NCBI GenBank assembly: GCA_900088475.1
Contig: FLMG01003710.1
Location: forward strand, 102,578-166,577
Direction of reading: 5' to 3'
Length of the DNA: 64,000 nucleotides
From: Hyphochytrium catenoides
Taxonomy: Eukaryota; Protista; Hyphochytriomycota
The translations under genes and the position numbers were made by a program. Under the pieces are notes generated by a model. That model ran no database searches. It was not told the origin of the DNA and saw nothing but the letters and a program-made list of their open reading frames with translations. Positions 50,383 through 61,909 of this stretch are shown piece by piece; positions within the stretch are counted from its first letter, which is position 1, and the number at the start of each line of letters is the position of its first letter.

Positions 50383-50853
50383 ATTTGGAAAAAATGGGGG
50401 CAACAGCACCTATCAAAAGGTCCTGAAGAGCTAGGAGCGAGAAATGGACTTGGAGGTGCTATACAGATAGATATTTATGTTGGTGACACGAGAGGTCGGT
50501 GATGGGCCCATGTCATCCTTCGTGTTAGTGTGCAGATTGCTCTGCTCAGCGAGGCCAAAGAACTGCTCGCGTATTGTAAAGCAATCAAAGCAATCAGGTT
50601 TAAGCAATCAGGTTTAACAAAGTCCAAGCTGGATCAGCTTCTGACAGCAGTTCGATACAGTTTTCCCTTGCCCCAGTGTAACGTAGCCCATACACTCTCG
50701 GCTTTAAAGTCTGTCACTCCTTTCTTCATATCGGCCCGATGGTGCAAACCTCTTTAGGAGGCCCACCTTATTTCATCAAGGCTGGTCAATGGTATGCTAA
50801 GCGTTCCATCTTCCGCTAGTATAACATAACTCGATTTTGAGAGGAGGGATCCC

Positions 50854-51598
50854 TTACTTAGAGATGCTTCTGCCTTTGCTGCTTGTACCTTCCGTCGACC
50901 CAGTTATTAGAAAGCGCGCAAGGAAGGTCCGTGGCTTGCTCTCTCTGATCGGATATTTGGCAATGATGATGAAAAGCAAAATTGTTCTTGGTATGGATAA
51001 GTTCAAGATTATTAGAATGTAATGATAATGCATTGTGAAGGCAAGCATCAAGACTCTAGCAGATATGAGTGAGCTCGGAGCTCCTCTGATGGGCAGCTCT
51101 TCTGTGCGGCTTCTGTTGCTCTTCCCATGAGCCATTACTTGGCGAAGCAGGCACGCGCCAAATCCTTCGTCAGAGTAGAGACGCTTCTCCATCTCTGCTC
51201 GTGGCAGGAAAGTCTGTAGTCCTGACAAATGTATCTACTCAGTGAGGGCTAGGAGGGACTCTTGATCTGTAGGTGAGCAATGCCTGGCGGATGTTACTCA
51301 AGCGCCTGACGGGAGGGGACTTTGATGCCTTAGGCAACAACGTAGCGTCCTGGTTGGACATTAGGAAAGAAAGCTCCTCAGCTGCTAGCGTGGAGTTGTT
51401 CTCAATGAGTTCTCGAATGCTCTCCACGCGGAGCAAAAGCTCATCATGGTTATTCAAGCTCTTTTGCTGCTTGTCATTGTAGCTTGGCCCCTGATAGCTA
51501 GGATCGTCTTCCTCAGGTCCCCGAGCCTTGGGTGAGCAGCGGCTTATGGTCTCCGCGGCATAATAAAATTCTGTGACAGAAGCATCATCGCGAGCCAT
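50854..51598 (-). CDS. Hypothetical protein or decayed gene (weak resemblance to a TCP11-family motif)
   Basis: Two adjacent ORFs (51239..51598, 50854..51228) with helical composition. ISARVLMLAFTM loosely recalls the TCP11 'RVxLxAYMI' motif. Start and end are unresolved. Confidence 0.3.
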
Positions 51599-52395
51599 TT
51601 TGAGAGACCGCTGTGGAGTTGGGTCTGTGACTGTCGTTTGGTTCTCGCCTCTTGTGGAGGTTGTCGGAATTGGCGGAATGAGCAGAAACTACCTTGGACT
51701 TTCAAGGTTACGCACCAGAGACAATTACCCATTTGGCGGCAGTGAGAAGAATAAGAGCTCAAGGGCGCAGACTGTAGGCCACCAGTCACGAGCCTTGCCC
51801 ATAGTATTGCACGCTGTTATCAAGGTGAGCAGGAGAGTCAGAGGGAGAGGACCGAAAGATCAGACTAGGTGACACAGGCGGTCGGGCCTGAACACGGTCT
51901 TGATAACCTTTCCCAGTGCGGGGTGTTGCAGTCATGCTTCTATTTTCGTAGGCTGATTCCAGACTGTACAAAAGCCCAATCTATCAACAAGAAGACCCCG
52001 AGGAGACGGAGTTATCCAAGAGACGGTGGCAAGATTCTCAAAAGTGTCCTAGAGGCTCGCCATGACCCCTGGTCTGTCTCGTGAGCGTCCGCTCCGGCTC
52101 TATCCATCGGTGCGCTAGCTGGCTGGCATCCTCTCTCTCTGTGACTCTTCTCGGTGACAATGACACCAGAAGCCCACAGCCTGACCTGTCCCATCCCGCA
52201 ATTTTAGTTCTAGTGGTGTCATAGACTGGCCCCTGCGTTGGACTCAAAAGTGGTTGTGCGCTTTTGCATCTTCGAGGTCACGTGCCGCTTCTCATAGCCT
52301 GTCTCTCCTGCGGTTCCTGAGCTGCCTCCTGCTCTCCTCTGGCAATCGAGAGAGAGGGAACATGAGGAGTGGGCAGTGAGAGAGATAATAGGAGG

Positions 52396-52424
52396 GAGCG
52401 AGAGAGAGAGAGCGAGAGAGAGAG

Positions 52425-52459
<35 letters not shown>
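52396..52459 (+). repeat. (GA)n microsatellite with GC interruptions
   Basis: gagcgagagagagagagcgagagagagagagcgagagagag... directly visible. Confidence 0.95.
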
Positions 52460-52461
<2 letters not shown>

Positions 52462-52951
52462 ACTAGATTCTCAACAGCAGCGTTTTCAGCTTCTTGTCCC
52501 TTCTTGTTGCTTGAGGACAAAGGCTGACATCCTTTACAGTACAAAAATAGTAGTTGGAGACAGATGTAACGGACTGACTGAAGAAAAAAATCTCACCTCT
52601 CAGTTATCTGGAGTTATGGTTATGCGGTTATCACAAATTAGTTATTGTAAACGGCACGCTCAGTTTGTAACCAACTTTCTGTTCTGCTGCGCTGAAGAAG
52701 AGGAGGATTTTCTTGTCCGCAGCACTTGCATGCCGGTTCGTTTGCCCCCGCTCCTGAGCCTTGAGCTTCCCCTAACCAATGACCAATGGCGAGACATCTC
52801 CTAAGTCTTGAAAAGCTCCGCCTAGGATTGTAGTGAGGGTCGACAAGCAGACTTCGCAAACCTTATTGTGAGTCAGGTAGTATGCCACGTCATCAGCTGT
52901 AAGCTTTGGACTGGGCAAGTGACCCTAATGCGGGTGCTGAGCGCAGTCAGT

Positions 52952-54128
52952 ATGGCTGCGAGCAACCTCTTTATTCTTCTTCTATTCGTATTTCCCATCC
53001 AGTGTAGGATGGAGGTCATCCTGCAGCCTCATCTTAGAAATGACGGTGTCACCTGCGATTACGTCGCCGCTGCAGAGGCTGGAGTTACAAAGCTCAATGA
53101 CCTCTATCGTCTCCTTTCACATAAGTCTGCAGACCAAACTTTCATCAACGCTGCAGCCTATACGTTCCCTCTCACACTCAAGAGTGTTGATAATGGCCAG
53201 ACTGTCATTGCTGGAGCTAGGCGACATTGCAAGGTGATGGTGACCGTGGCCTCAGCCCCCAGCTTAAGTAATGCCGAAAGGTCCACGGCCCGAGCAGATG
53301 AAGGTAAGCGCAACCAGTAAGGGATAAGTTGTGTTCATTTCTGTACTATAAACATTCTTCGTACCGTAGTCCTTCCTCCAATCCATAGAGTCCCTAAATC
53401 TTCACATCTACAGGCGTGATCACGGTTTCTCTCCAAGATAAGGGAGATGGGACGTTCTCCCTAGAAGACTCTTCCGTTCTGGGGAGCAGTGCTATTATCC
53501 CCAATAGTTTCAATGTTGTAGCCTCTCATGATACAGGAGAGTCGATGGAAGGTGCTTCAGTGTCCTCGTCCGGATCGGGTTCCAATGGCTGGCTTGTGGC
53601 CATCGGAGTGGTTGGCATTGCCTGCCTCGCCCTCTCCGCACTGGTGTTCATAGCCAACAGAAGACGAGGCCGAACTACAAAGAAGAAGGGTACTCCACCG
53701 CAGCCATCTCTCCATATTCGGCCCACTCAAGTGGTGGACACCACTGAGCCAGAGGTGGATAACCTCAAAAATGAGCTTGAACTGACTAGGGAAGAGCTTG
53801 CAAACGCTAAAGGTATGTGCAACAAGTTATACAGGAACAAAATAATGATCAGATGTGGAAGAGGGGGAAGCCAGCCAAGACGAGCACCAGCGTCGTCAGT
53901 GAGAGATTGCCTTAGGTAATTGTCTTGTGTCTCGTCTCTACTTTTGTCCTACTAGATCGCGAAGATGCACAGCTCTCAAGAGTAGTCCAACTGGAGGATG
54001 ACCTCGCTGAACTCAAGCTCAAGTATGCCAATACAATGGCCGAGACAGAGGCCGCCAAGGCTGCATTGGCGAAGTTGGCTTGGGAGAGAAGGCAAGCACA
54101 AACCAGCAAGGGACAAACAGAAGTCTGA
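52952..54128 (+). CDS. Predicted type I membrane protein with cytosolic coiled-coil tail, 3 exons
   Basis: Signal-like MAASNLFILLLFVFPIQC; ectodomain; TM WLVAIGVVGIACLALSALVFIA followed by NRRRGR; coiled coil VDNLKNELELTREELANAK|DREDAQLSRVVQLEDDLAELKLKYA. Both GT-AG introns are phase 1. Confidence 0.65.
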
Positions 54129-54212
54129 GATGTAACCATAATAGGACTCGACTCAGCAGCAACGAGTTTGGTGATCCAAGAAACATATTAACATTAAATA
54201 TAAAGTAAACGG

Positions 54213-56609
54213 TCAAGACTTGGCCAGGCTGGTATTGAACAGGTATCTGTTGACCGCCTCTTCAACCCATGGTCCGTCGTAGTAATCTCCGAGTCTTTCT
54301 AAAAGCACGTCCCTCTCCTCCTCAATAGCCAACGCCTAAAATGGCAAACGAAGGTAAAGACAAGGGCGCGGCTTTGCCACTTGCCTGAAGAAGATGGCCT
54401 ACCTGAAGGTCGGTTGATTGCCACTCGATAAAGTCGTGGATGAACTGGCAGGGCTGATGCGCAAAGCTTGTCATGAAGTCCCGTTTCCTCTTTTTGTCCT
54501 CCACGAGGTACATTACGTTCGTAATCTGAGGGAAGATTCGCATGTAGAGTAAGTCGAAGCGCGGGAGACATACTGGGTCCTCTCTCTTCATCAGCCGGGT
54601 CACCGCCAATAGNNNNNNNNNNNNNNNNNNNNNNNNNNNNNNGTACCTGATCGTCGAGTGTTCTGATCTGCTTTTGCGCGTCTAACCACATCTTGGAAGA
54701 AACCTCTAAGGCGCATTCGGTAGTCGCCTCTTTGAGTTCATCCACCTCAACCTAGAAATGAATAAAAGTTGAACAGTTCGAATGTAGCCTGAGCTGGATA
54801 GGTGGTCCTTGTTCTCACCTCAACGTCTACGATCTTGGGGTTTTCTTTCGTGTACTCTGGTGTGCCATCAAGACTGACAAACGGCATCGAAGTGACAGAA
54901 GAAGGTTACAGAGAGATGTCAGAGAGCGACGAGAATAAGGAACTTGTAGCCGACGGAACAACGGCAGAAGTCCAAAGCGCGAAGAGGCATCTACTGCTGA
55001 TCATCGATGTGATCTTGACTAAGAGACGGTTCTGGGGCTTTTGTTCTTACGTGACAGTGTAATCAACACCAATAGGTGGACACGGGCCCAAGTGCTCGTT
55101 CAATCTGGTGAACAGAGTGCTGAGTTCCATTTCCTTGGCACCGAATACCTAGAGCCAAGGGATCTAGTCAGGCCATATTGTTATGTGCTCAAGACCGTTT
55201 CCGAGCTCTATGCTGGGCGCCCCTACTTCTTCTCTTAACCTCTCAGGTACACGAGGCTCTCGACTTCTTCGCCAGGACTTACCGCCTGCAGCTCTGCATC
55301 TGCCCGTATCATAGTGGGATTATCTTCATCCTGAAGGTCATGGGCCTGCGATGAAGTGTATAAATCATAGTGATAGCAGCGAACAGATTACCATCAGACG
55401 GTGGCAGCTAGATGGTCAGGCAACATAATTCAGGAAGCCACATCGAGACGCTTACCGTGATGTATCGCCACAACGCTCTGCAGACGCTCTGACGACTTTC
55501 ATCGACCGAGGAGTCTTTTAAGTATGGGGCCAGAAGATGCCTTAGGCGGTAGGAGAGACTGTATCTTTCTGGAGTATTACTACGAAAGAGTGAGATCTTC
55601 AGCTTGAAATCCATATCTCCTTGGCGATGAAGCTCAAAACCATCCGAGTCTGCAGCATTAGAGGGCCGTGTCCACTGCCATATATGGTTAGTCGCGAGTC
55701 TCCACTCAACAGCCCCAATTGCAACTCTATGGGAACCCATTTTGCCCCGCATAAGAGTGTGCCCAGGTCTTTCCTTGGTCCTTAAAGATAATGTTTCCTA
55801 AAGCGCTAACTCTACCTCCTTCGTACGCGTTCGTACCTCAACTAAGGGTTCGTTAGGATAGACATTGTAGTCAAGCTCTATCAAAATCTTACGAAAGAAC
55901 TTAGTGAATTTGTGGCTCCGCTCCTAGGCAGTAGGATCTCATAAGTGATTGATAGGAAGTTCTTTCAGGACGTTTCTGGATGTGCTTACCGCCCCTGCGT
56001 CAATGACTTTGCCTTCAATTCGCAGTGTCCAAGACGGAGGGTCACTGAGTGCTAGATCCTAGATGGGCAGAAATAGCTGTCATAAAGCTGGCTTTATAGG
56101 GAAAAGAAACAGAGAGAAAGAGGAGAGAGAGCTCGCCTTACCGTTGCAATTAAGGGCTTTTGGTTGTGATGTTCATGATATATCATCAGCCGTAAGGTCT
56201 TGCTTACTGTCTGAAGTCCAGAGTACTCAATTAGAGGTAGAGACATATACGGCCATCACACTGGACTATAGAGCGAACCTTGGCCGGGGCCTTGAGAGAC
56301 GCATCAATTGCGCGGCGCTTTCGAGAGATTGTCGAGTCTATCCTACTCTCCAGTTCTACAAGTCTGTTCCATAGATAGGAATCCACAGCCAGCTTGGGCC
56401 GGCCCTAAAAAAGAAGGTCATAAAGCAAGAAGACAAACCTTCACTTTATGGCCCATCCTTACCTTCTTGTCTATCACCGAGTTGTCCACAACAGACGATG
56501 GAGTTGACGAGGGAGTCGCTTTCTTTCTGCGGAAAATCTCAGATGAGAGATGGAGCTACAAGAATCCCTAACAAGCATAAGGTCCTTACTTGGTCGATGC
56601 AGTCTTCAT
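54213..56609 (-). CDS. SMARCD: SWI/SNF complex subunit BAF60/Swp73 (SWIB domain)
   Basis: LVELESRIDSTISRKR, KTLRLMI, SWTLRIEGKV, KFTKFFRKILIELD, DGFELHRQGD, ALWRYIT|AHDLQD, KRDFMTSFAHQPCQFI, YYDGPWVEEAVNRYL. Start MKTAST at 56609 is inferred. Confidence 0.92.
54613..54642. other. Assembly gap (30 N) inside a SMARCD intron
   Basis: The N run begins 4 nt after the donor cag|gtac. The flanking exons join in frame (TLDDQ|ITNVMY). Confidence 0.95.
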
Positions 56610-56902
56610 CTCACCCTCTCTAAGTTTCAACAGGAATCCGATGACATATGACTTGGAAGCAAGGGAAATGATAAGCCTATCTAATGCAACTCAAGGCTCC
56701 TGGTGCTTTCCGAAGACTTCGTGTTACAGACAGATAGGTAGCGGGAAGGTAACTTTGCTATAGATCTGCAGGCGGGCTCTGGAGTCTCGATGCCCTGGGC
56801 AAACGGAGAAGAGCTTCCTGCTTCACGCTCGGGCTCTGATGAGGCCGATGAACCGATGAAGGACAAGGATGGACATGCCCATTTTGAACTTTTGGGGCAC
56901 TT

Positions 56903-57070
56903 TGTCTCTCTCTCTCTCCCTCTGTCTTTTTTCTCTTGTGCTCTCTCTGTCTCTGTCTCTTTCGCTCTCTCTTACGCTCTCTCATTCCCTCTTTCTCCTC
57001 TCAACTATCTTTGTGCCTTTTTCTGCCTCTATCTCTTGCTCTGTCTGACCATCGATTTTCTCTCTCTTTT
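56903..57070 (+). repeat. CT-rich low-complexity tract
   Basis: tgtctctctctctctccctctgtc...ctctctctgtctctgtctctttcgctctctc visible, upstream of SMARCD. Confidence 0.85.
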
Positions 57071-57940
57071 TACTGTGTATCTGTAGTGAGGGAATCAAAG
57101 GGACGTTAACGGCTAGGGGGCCGCGTCAAACTGGATGTCAACCTCCATCATCGGCGCTCACAGCTCACAGAATGGCCGTGGTAGAACTTCCATCTTGGTT
57201 GGTGCCAACTTAATGTCATTCATTACCTTTCTTCCAGCTGCCCATCGTGGTTGTCACCTAGTCCCAGGAAAGGAGTCTTCTGCTGCCTTGATGGAGTGTG
57301 ACAGAGATTACGAAGAGAGTAAACGGGAGCAGTTACGTAGGCGAAGGGGAGGGGCTCTTTGAAGCGCGTGCCCCCCAAGGAAGTACGTCGTGCCCAGCAC
57401 CGTCATAAGAAAGTGCTTGGTAGGAAACGCAGAAGGTAGGTTGCACCGACAAGCTTCTTCTTGGTTGGTTGCAGACTGGGATGTCCGCCCTATTATGCTA
57501 AGATGTGCCAAACGACACGGATGCAACTGTTACACACAGCATAGCACGTATTGATGCGGAAAGGGTAGCTCGAAGAGACGCTACTACTATGCTACTACTG
57601 AGATTGGAACTGTTTACGCGAGATGTAATGCCGTCGCTTTATGATGTCAGGGTAGTAAACAAGTAAGGGTCTAATGGCTGATGTTGGAGAGGGACATTAA
57701 CAGCCAGCAGCTGAAGGAGACAATTCATGGTCTTATCGGATAGGTGCAGCTGTTTCAATTCGAGACTCCTAAGTGCATTTGTCCTGATTGGACTGATCAA
57801 AGAAGAGAGAGGGTTGCAGCTTCAATGTCAAGGTCACGGCCCTCCCGACGTCATCCGCCATGCCTGGTTTCAATCGCTATGCGGGCCTGAGTCTGGCGTG
57901 GAAGCGACCTCTTCAAAAGGTTCTAGCTAGCCTGGGATTG

Positions 57941-60628
57941 CTACTTCGCGAAGCGCTTCACATCCTCATCTTTCTCATTGGGGTACCCTGGAGAGGTGAA
58001 ATACATACGGCCGTAGTCATCTCCAGAGACTACAATATTCTGCTCTGCGTCGACAGCTAACGCGCTGATCGTGCATTGATGCGGCGTTAGAAGGGCTTTT
58101 GGGGGTGCCAAGGGCCTTTCTAAGTCTATAGAGACGACAGCATGCAAGGCATCAGATTTAGCGGCAGCATGGTGGAAGTCGATATAGTGATAAGATCTGC
58201 TCTGCTTACCATAAACGTAAAGGCGAGAGAACTCTTTGTCCTTCCGGCTTGTGCAATAAATAAATCTAAAGAAAGGCGTCAGACCACTTACGATCAGCGT
58301 GGATCGGGCGTCCTTTACAGATCGACAAGCAGACAAGGACCCTAGTTAGACTTCTTTCTCTTACCTGTCATGGACTACGGCCGTGGGCAGACTGTAGTTA
58401 CCGCTCTTGTGCTCCGTATCCTGACCCTTCGATGGGCTACGCAGGGTACACAGACCCTAAGAAGGTAAGATCCTCTTGTCAGACGAACGGGGAACTAAGT
58501 GAGGAAGGTAAAGAACGAGGTACGGACAAGAAAACAAAGCCACAAGAGGGCACGAATACCACCAGGTGAATGTTGATGAAGCTATGCAGTTATCGCACCT
58601 TCAAATCTGATAACCGCCAAACGTTGATATGTCCTTTCCTGTCGAAGGTTACAACTTTGCTGGCATTTGAAAGTACGTTGACAACGATCTCTGGAGGGCT
58701 GCTTGGCTCTGCATTCTATTGCCATGCTGTTAGAGGATTCATGGCTGAGGCTACAGTGCCACTTCCCCCCTTGACCTTACCAAATCATGTTCAAGAAAAG
58801 CCGGCTCGTAGCGCCTCGTGAAGGCATTGTACACAGATTTCGCTTGCGTTTGAGCAGCAAAGTCATGCCGATAGATAGGCTTTGATTGAGATTCGCTTGA
58901 TGTGTCGGTCGATGCAACAGGGCTAAAGCCCGTAGGCCGTCTAATATCCCAGAGCTCCAAGCCAACTGGCAGTGTCGGATACGTATGTTACTCTTTGCTA
59001 ACCTTCCCAGTGGTAGAGGAGTACAGAAAGAAATATAGGGGATATGGCACAGGAGAAAGTATTCACAAATTAGATTTAGGAGGACTGGGAGCCGGAAGCA
59101 AGGAAAGTCAAGAGGGCAAAACCACGTAAGGAGCCACCCCTTAAGAGGTGAAAGTGTGTTAGGGAAGTAGTTCGGAGCTCCAGAGAAGGAGATCCTGTCA
59201 GAATCAGCATTGTGAACAAACCAGATAGAGGAACTAGTAGTGTCTCAGAAGGAGGCAATAGGCAGATCTTGACCCACAAATTGCCATTCTACTTACCTCC
59301 GGTCGATGCTAGAAGTAAGCTAGTGCCGGGGACAAACTCAATGCTATGGATTGGGTTCGGTGTCTGCTTGAAAGAGGGCAGCTTCCGTAAGAAAGCAAAC
59401 TTCTGGTGGTTGGGGCAGCGGAAGTCGAAGACCATGACGAGTAGCTCTCTCAAAAGCGACAGGATAGGCAATAGTGATCGCTAACCTTTATAATGGCGGC
59501 GTTCTTCGGTTGCCGTAGGTCCCTGAGCTTTAAATCTCGTTCTAGGGCGGAGGCAGAGCAGACGAGGCTAAGCAGCGCTTTAGGCATAGCATTAAGATGA
59601 CAAGGATGCGATCGAAGACAGGCGCTCCCTCACCTTGGCTGAGAAAGATCCATGCAAAGGCCATTGACAGCGTGAAAATGGCAGTCCACCAGATCATTCA
59701 TCTATCAAGACGGGTAAACGTTACTCAAACTGAATTCTCTTCAAAGGACTTTCACCCTATGTTGCCAACCTCGGGTCGATTTATCGGCCAACGAATGATA
59801 AGTCCGTCCCATCCTGTTAGTGGGCAATAAGCGTTAAGACCTTTTTACATGTGGGAGCAAACGTCTAGTATGGTTACACCTGCAGTGAGCACAGAGTCCG
59901 TGCCCGGTACGCGCAAGGCTCTAGTCACAAAGTGGTAAGTGAAAGGCGTAAGTTTAGACCCATGTATCTGCGGTAATAGAGTAACCAAGGATTGTACGGC
60001 TTGAATGGAGATAGTCAACCTTTTTATAAGTACTGATGTCACATCTCGGCGACAATGATAGGAAGATCGCGTGTGGGCTCGAAGCGAGGCAAAGTTGCAC
60101 TGACCTAAGAATCGCGTGGCCAGGCAATGAGTGTTTCCATTGAGGTAGGATTGGCTTTCCAGAGTATCTGCAGGGATCCACCTGGAAGATCCGCAGGTTT
60201 CCTCCTGTATCGCCTGAGAACACATAAGGTCTCTCACAGCCTGCCATGAAAATGCCGAGGCGAGAAGCAGGACACTTTCGTTATCATTGGAATGCCACTA
60301 ACGTACGCAGAGCATTGGAAGAAAGAGAGAACACATTGGCAGCTCACCTTCGCCTAACACAACCACGGCAGCCGTCTGGTAAATTGAGCGCTTAAGCTCG
60401 ATCGGCCTGGACTCTTCATATCTGACCGGAAAAGAGTAGGGTTAGCATTAGACCTCTCTTGTCATGGCAACCAGTGACAAGAGTTGAAGAGCTGAGAGAA
60501 ACCTGGCAATAAGCGCTTCGTTGATTGATTTGCGCAACTGAATGGCCTACGGTCGGTGGTAAGGGTCCGGCGTCAATGTACCCTGAGTAATAACGTGCTT
60601 CTGAGGGCTCACCTGGTCCAAGCGCCAT
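57941..60628 (-). CDS. WD40-repeat (beta-propeller) protein
   Basis: YVFSGDTGGNLRIFQV, VLTA|GWDGLIIRW, HFHAVNGL..LVCSAS..DLKLRDLR, IHSIEFVPGTSLLLASTGG, LELWDIRRP, HQCTISALAVDAEQNIVVSGDDYGRMYF. Several junctions are unresolved. Confidence 0.65.
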
Positions 60629-61909
60629 GAGTGAGTCTGAAGCCTACCAATGAGGCAGTGCTCCATGATCCATCCGACAAGCACCTTCCCTCGCTCTAAG
60701 TATAGTCCCAGCTGGGCTGGCCGCTCGGATGAGCTTTACCACGTCCTGCTCGTTTGGTGCAAACGTGCTAACACTAAGTGTTCATCTTAACAGGAAATGC
60801 CCTGTGTGGTCGGCCCCAAACGTCCGTTCGCCAATAATAAGAGCACGCCTATCAAGACTCCTCTTCTAGCACTGCAGCCAAGCGCAGCGGCAGGCATGAT
60901 CCTCGAAGGTCCGTGCAGCGTTTCTTCACCCTGACAGCAACACTATCGTCTTTGGAATGATAAGAAGTGCAGTTCCTCCTTCAGAATCTCCTATATGGGA
61001 ATTGGCGGGAACCAAAGTAACCGTTTGCGGCACTTTTGTGCATCTCTTGAGATTCTGATCTTCATTTTCCAAGCTCCATTCTTCACTCGTCATTGCGAGA
61101 TCGGGTGATGTGGACTGATCAACGCGGGCCCTGCATCCAGCATAGAGCATTTCCGCTAACATCGTTCTTTTCATGAGCTTGGTGGACGGGGGCAATGGTA
61201 CTTTCAGCTTAATCTCCAGAGTGTGAGGAGGGCATGTCCCGTGTGGGAGCTCTGTATGTTATATCGCAGATGTCTAAATCCCGTCCGAAGAAAAGATGCA
61301 AGCAGCCTCATCAATGATGTAGGAAGAAGGGGAAGGACCCACAGAATCTGTTGGAGGTACTAGCCTAAGTGAGCCTGGGTATAGGTTACAAGGAAACATA
61401 TCGAACCTCCTGGACCTTTCATTCTTTGCCTTCGCCTTCGCTTTATCTGCGCCACCCAAGAGTCAACTAGGGCATCGTCTTTGATGGCCTCTCGAGGAAT
61501 CGGACTGCATTTGAAGACATGGTAGGTACAAGCTTTAGTTGTAGATCTTAAATACTCTCCTAACACCGCTGTGCGGGCAATAGGCCTGTAATGTAGTTGG
61601 TCAGCAATCCCATGAGTTCCTCTCTTGACATAAGCCTCATTGATACTACTTGGCGGAGGCTGCCCTCAGTCTGGCAAGCTGCATCTATGAGGTCCACCTC
61701 CACCATTGAACATCATTGTACGGGTACGTTTGACCTATCGTAGCGCTGCATCATACATTGTCTAATCTTGCTACACTTCGATTAAGGCACAATAAACAAG
61801 CAGCATAGTCCCCACGCGCCAGTCTCTAACTCTAAGACGGTCTCTAGGTACACATGGATACATCAAGGACGAGGGCAGCCATACACCTTTGAGGAGATAG
61901 GAAAGAGAG

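Noticed and set aside
52278-52804. ORFs with ERERER / SLSLSL runs
   Set aside because: Artefact of the (GA)n microsatellite.
56170-56200. Apparent in-frame TGA (selenocysteine or readthrough) in SMARCD
   Set aside because: A careful re-read gives ATA TAT CAT GAA (IYHE); there is no stop.
57135-57930. Short plus-strand ORFs between SMARCD and the WD40 gene
   Set aside because: No motifs, no consistent splice path and frequent stops.
60926-61760. Minus-strand ORF pieces as the C-terminus of the coiled-coil gene
   Set aside because: I could not build a stop-free spliced path; left unannotated.
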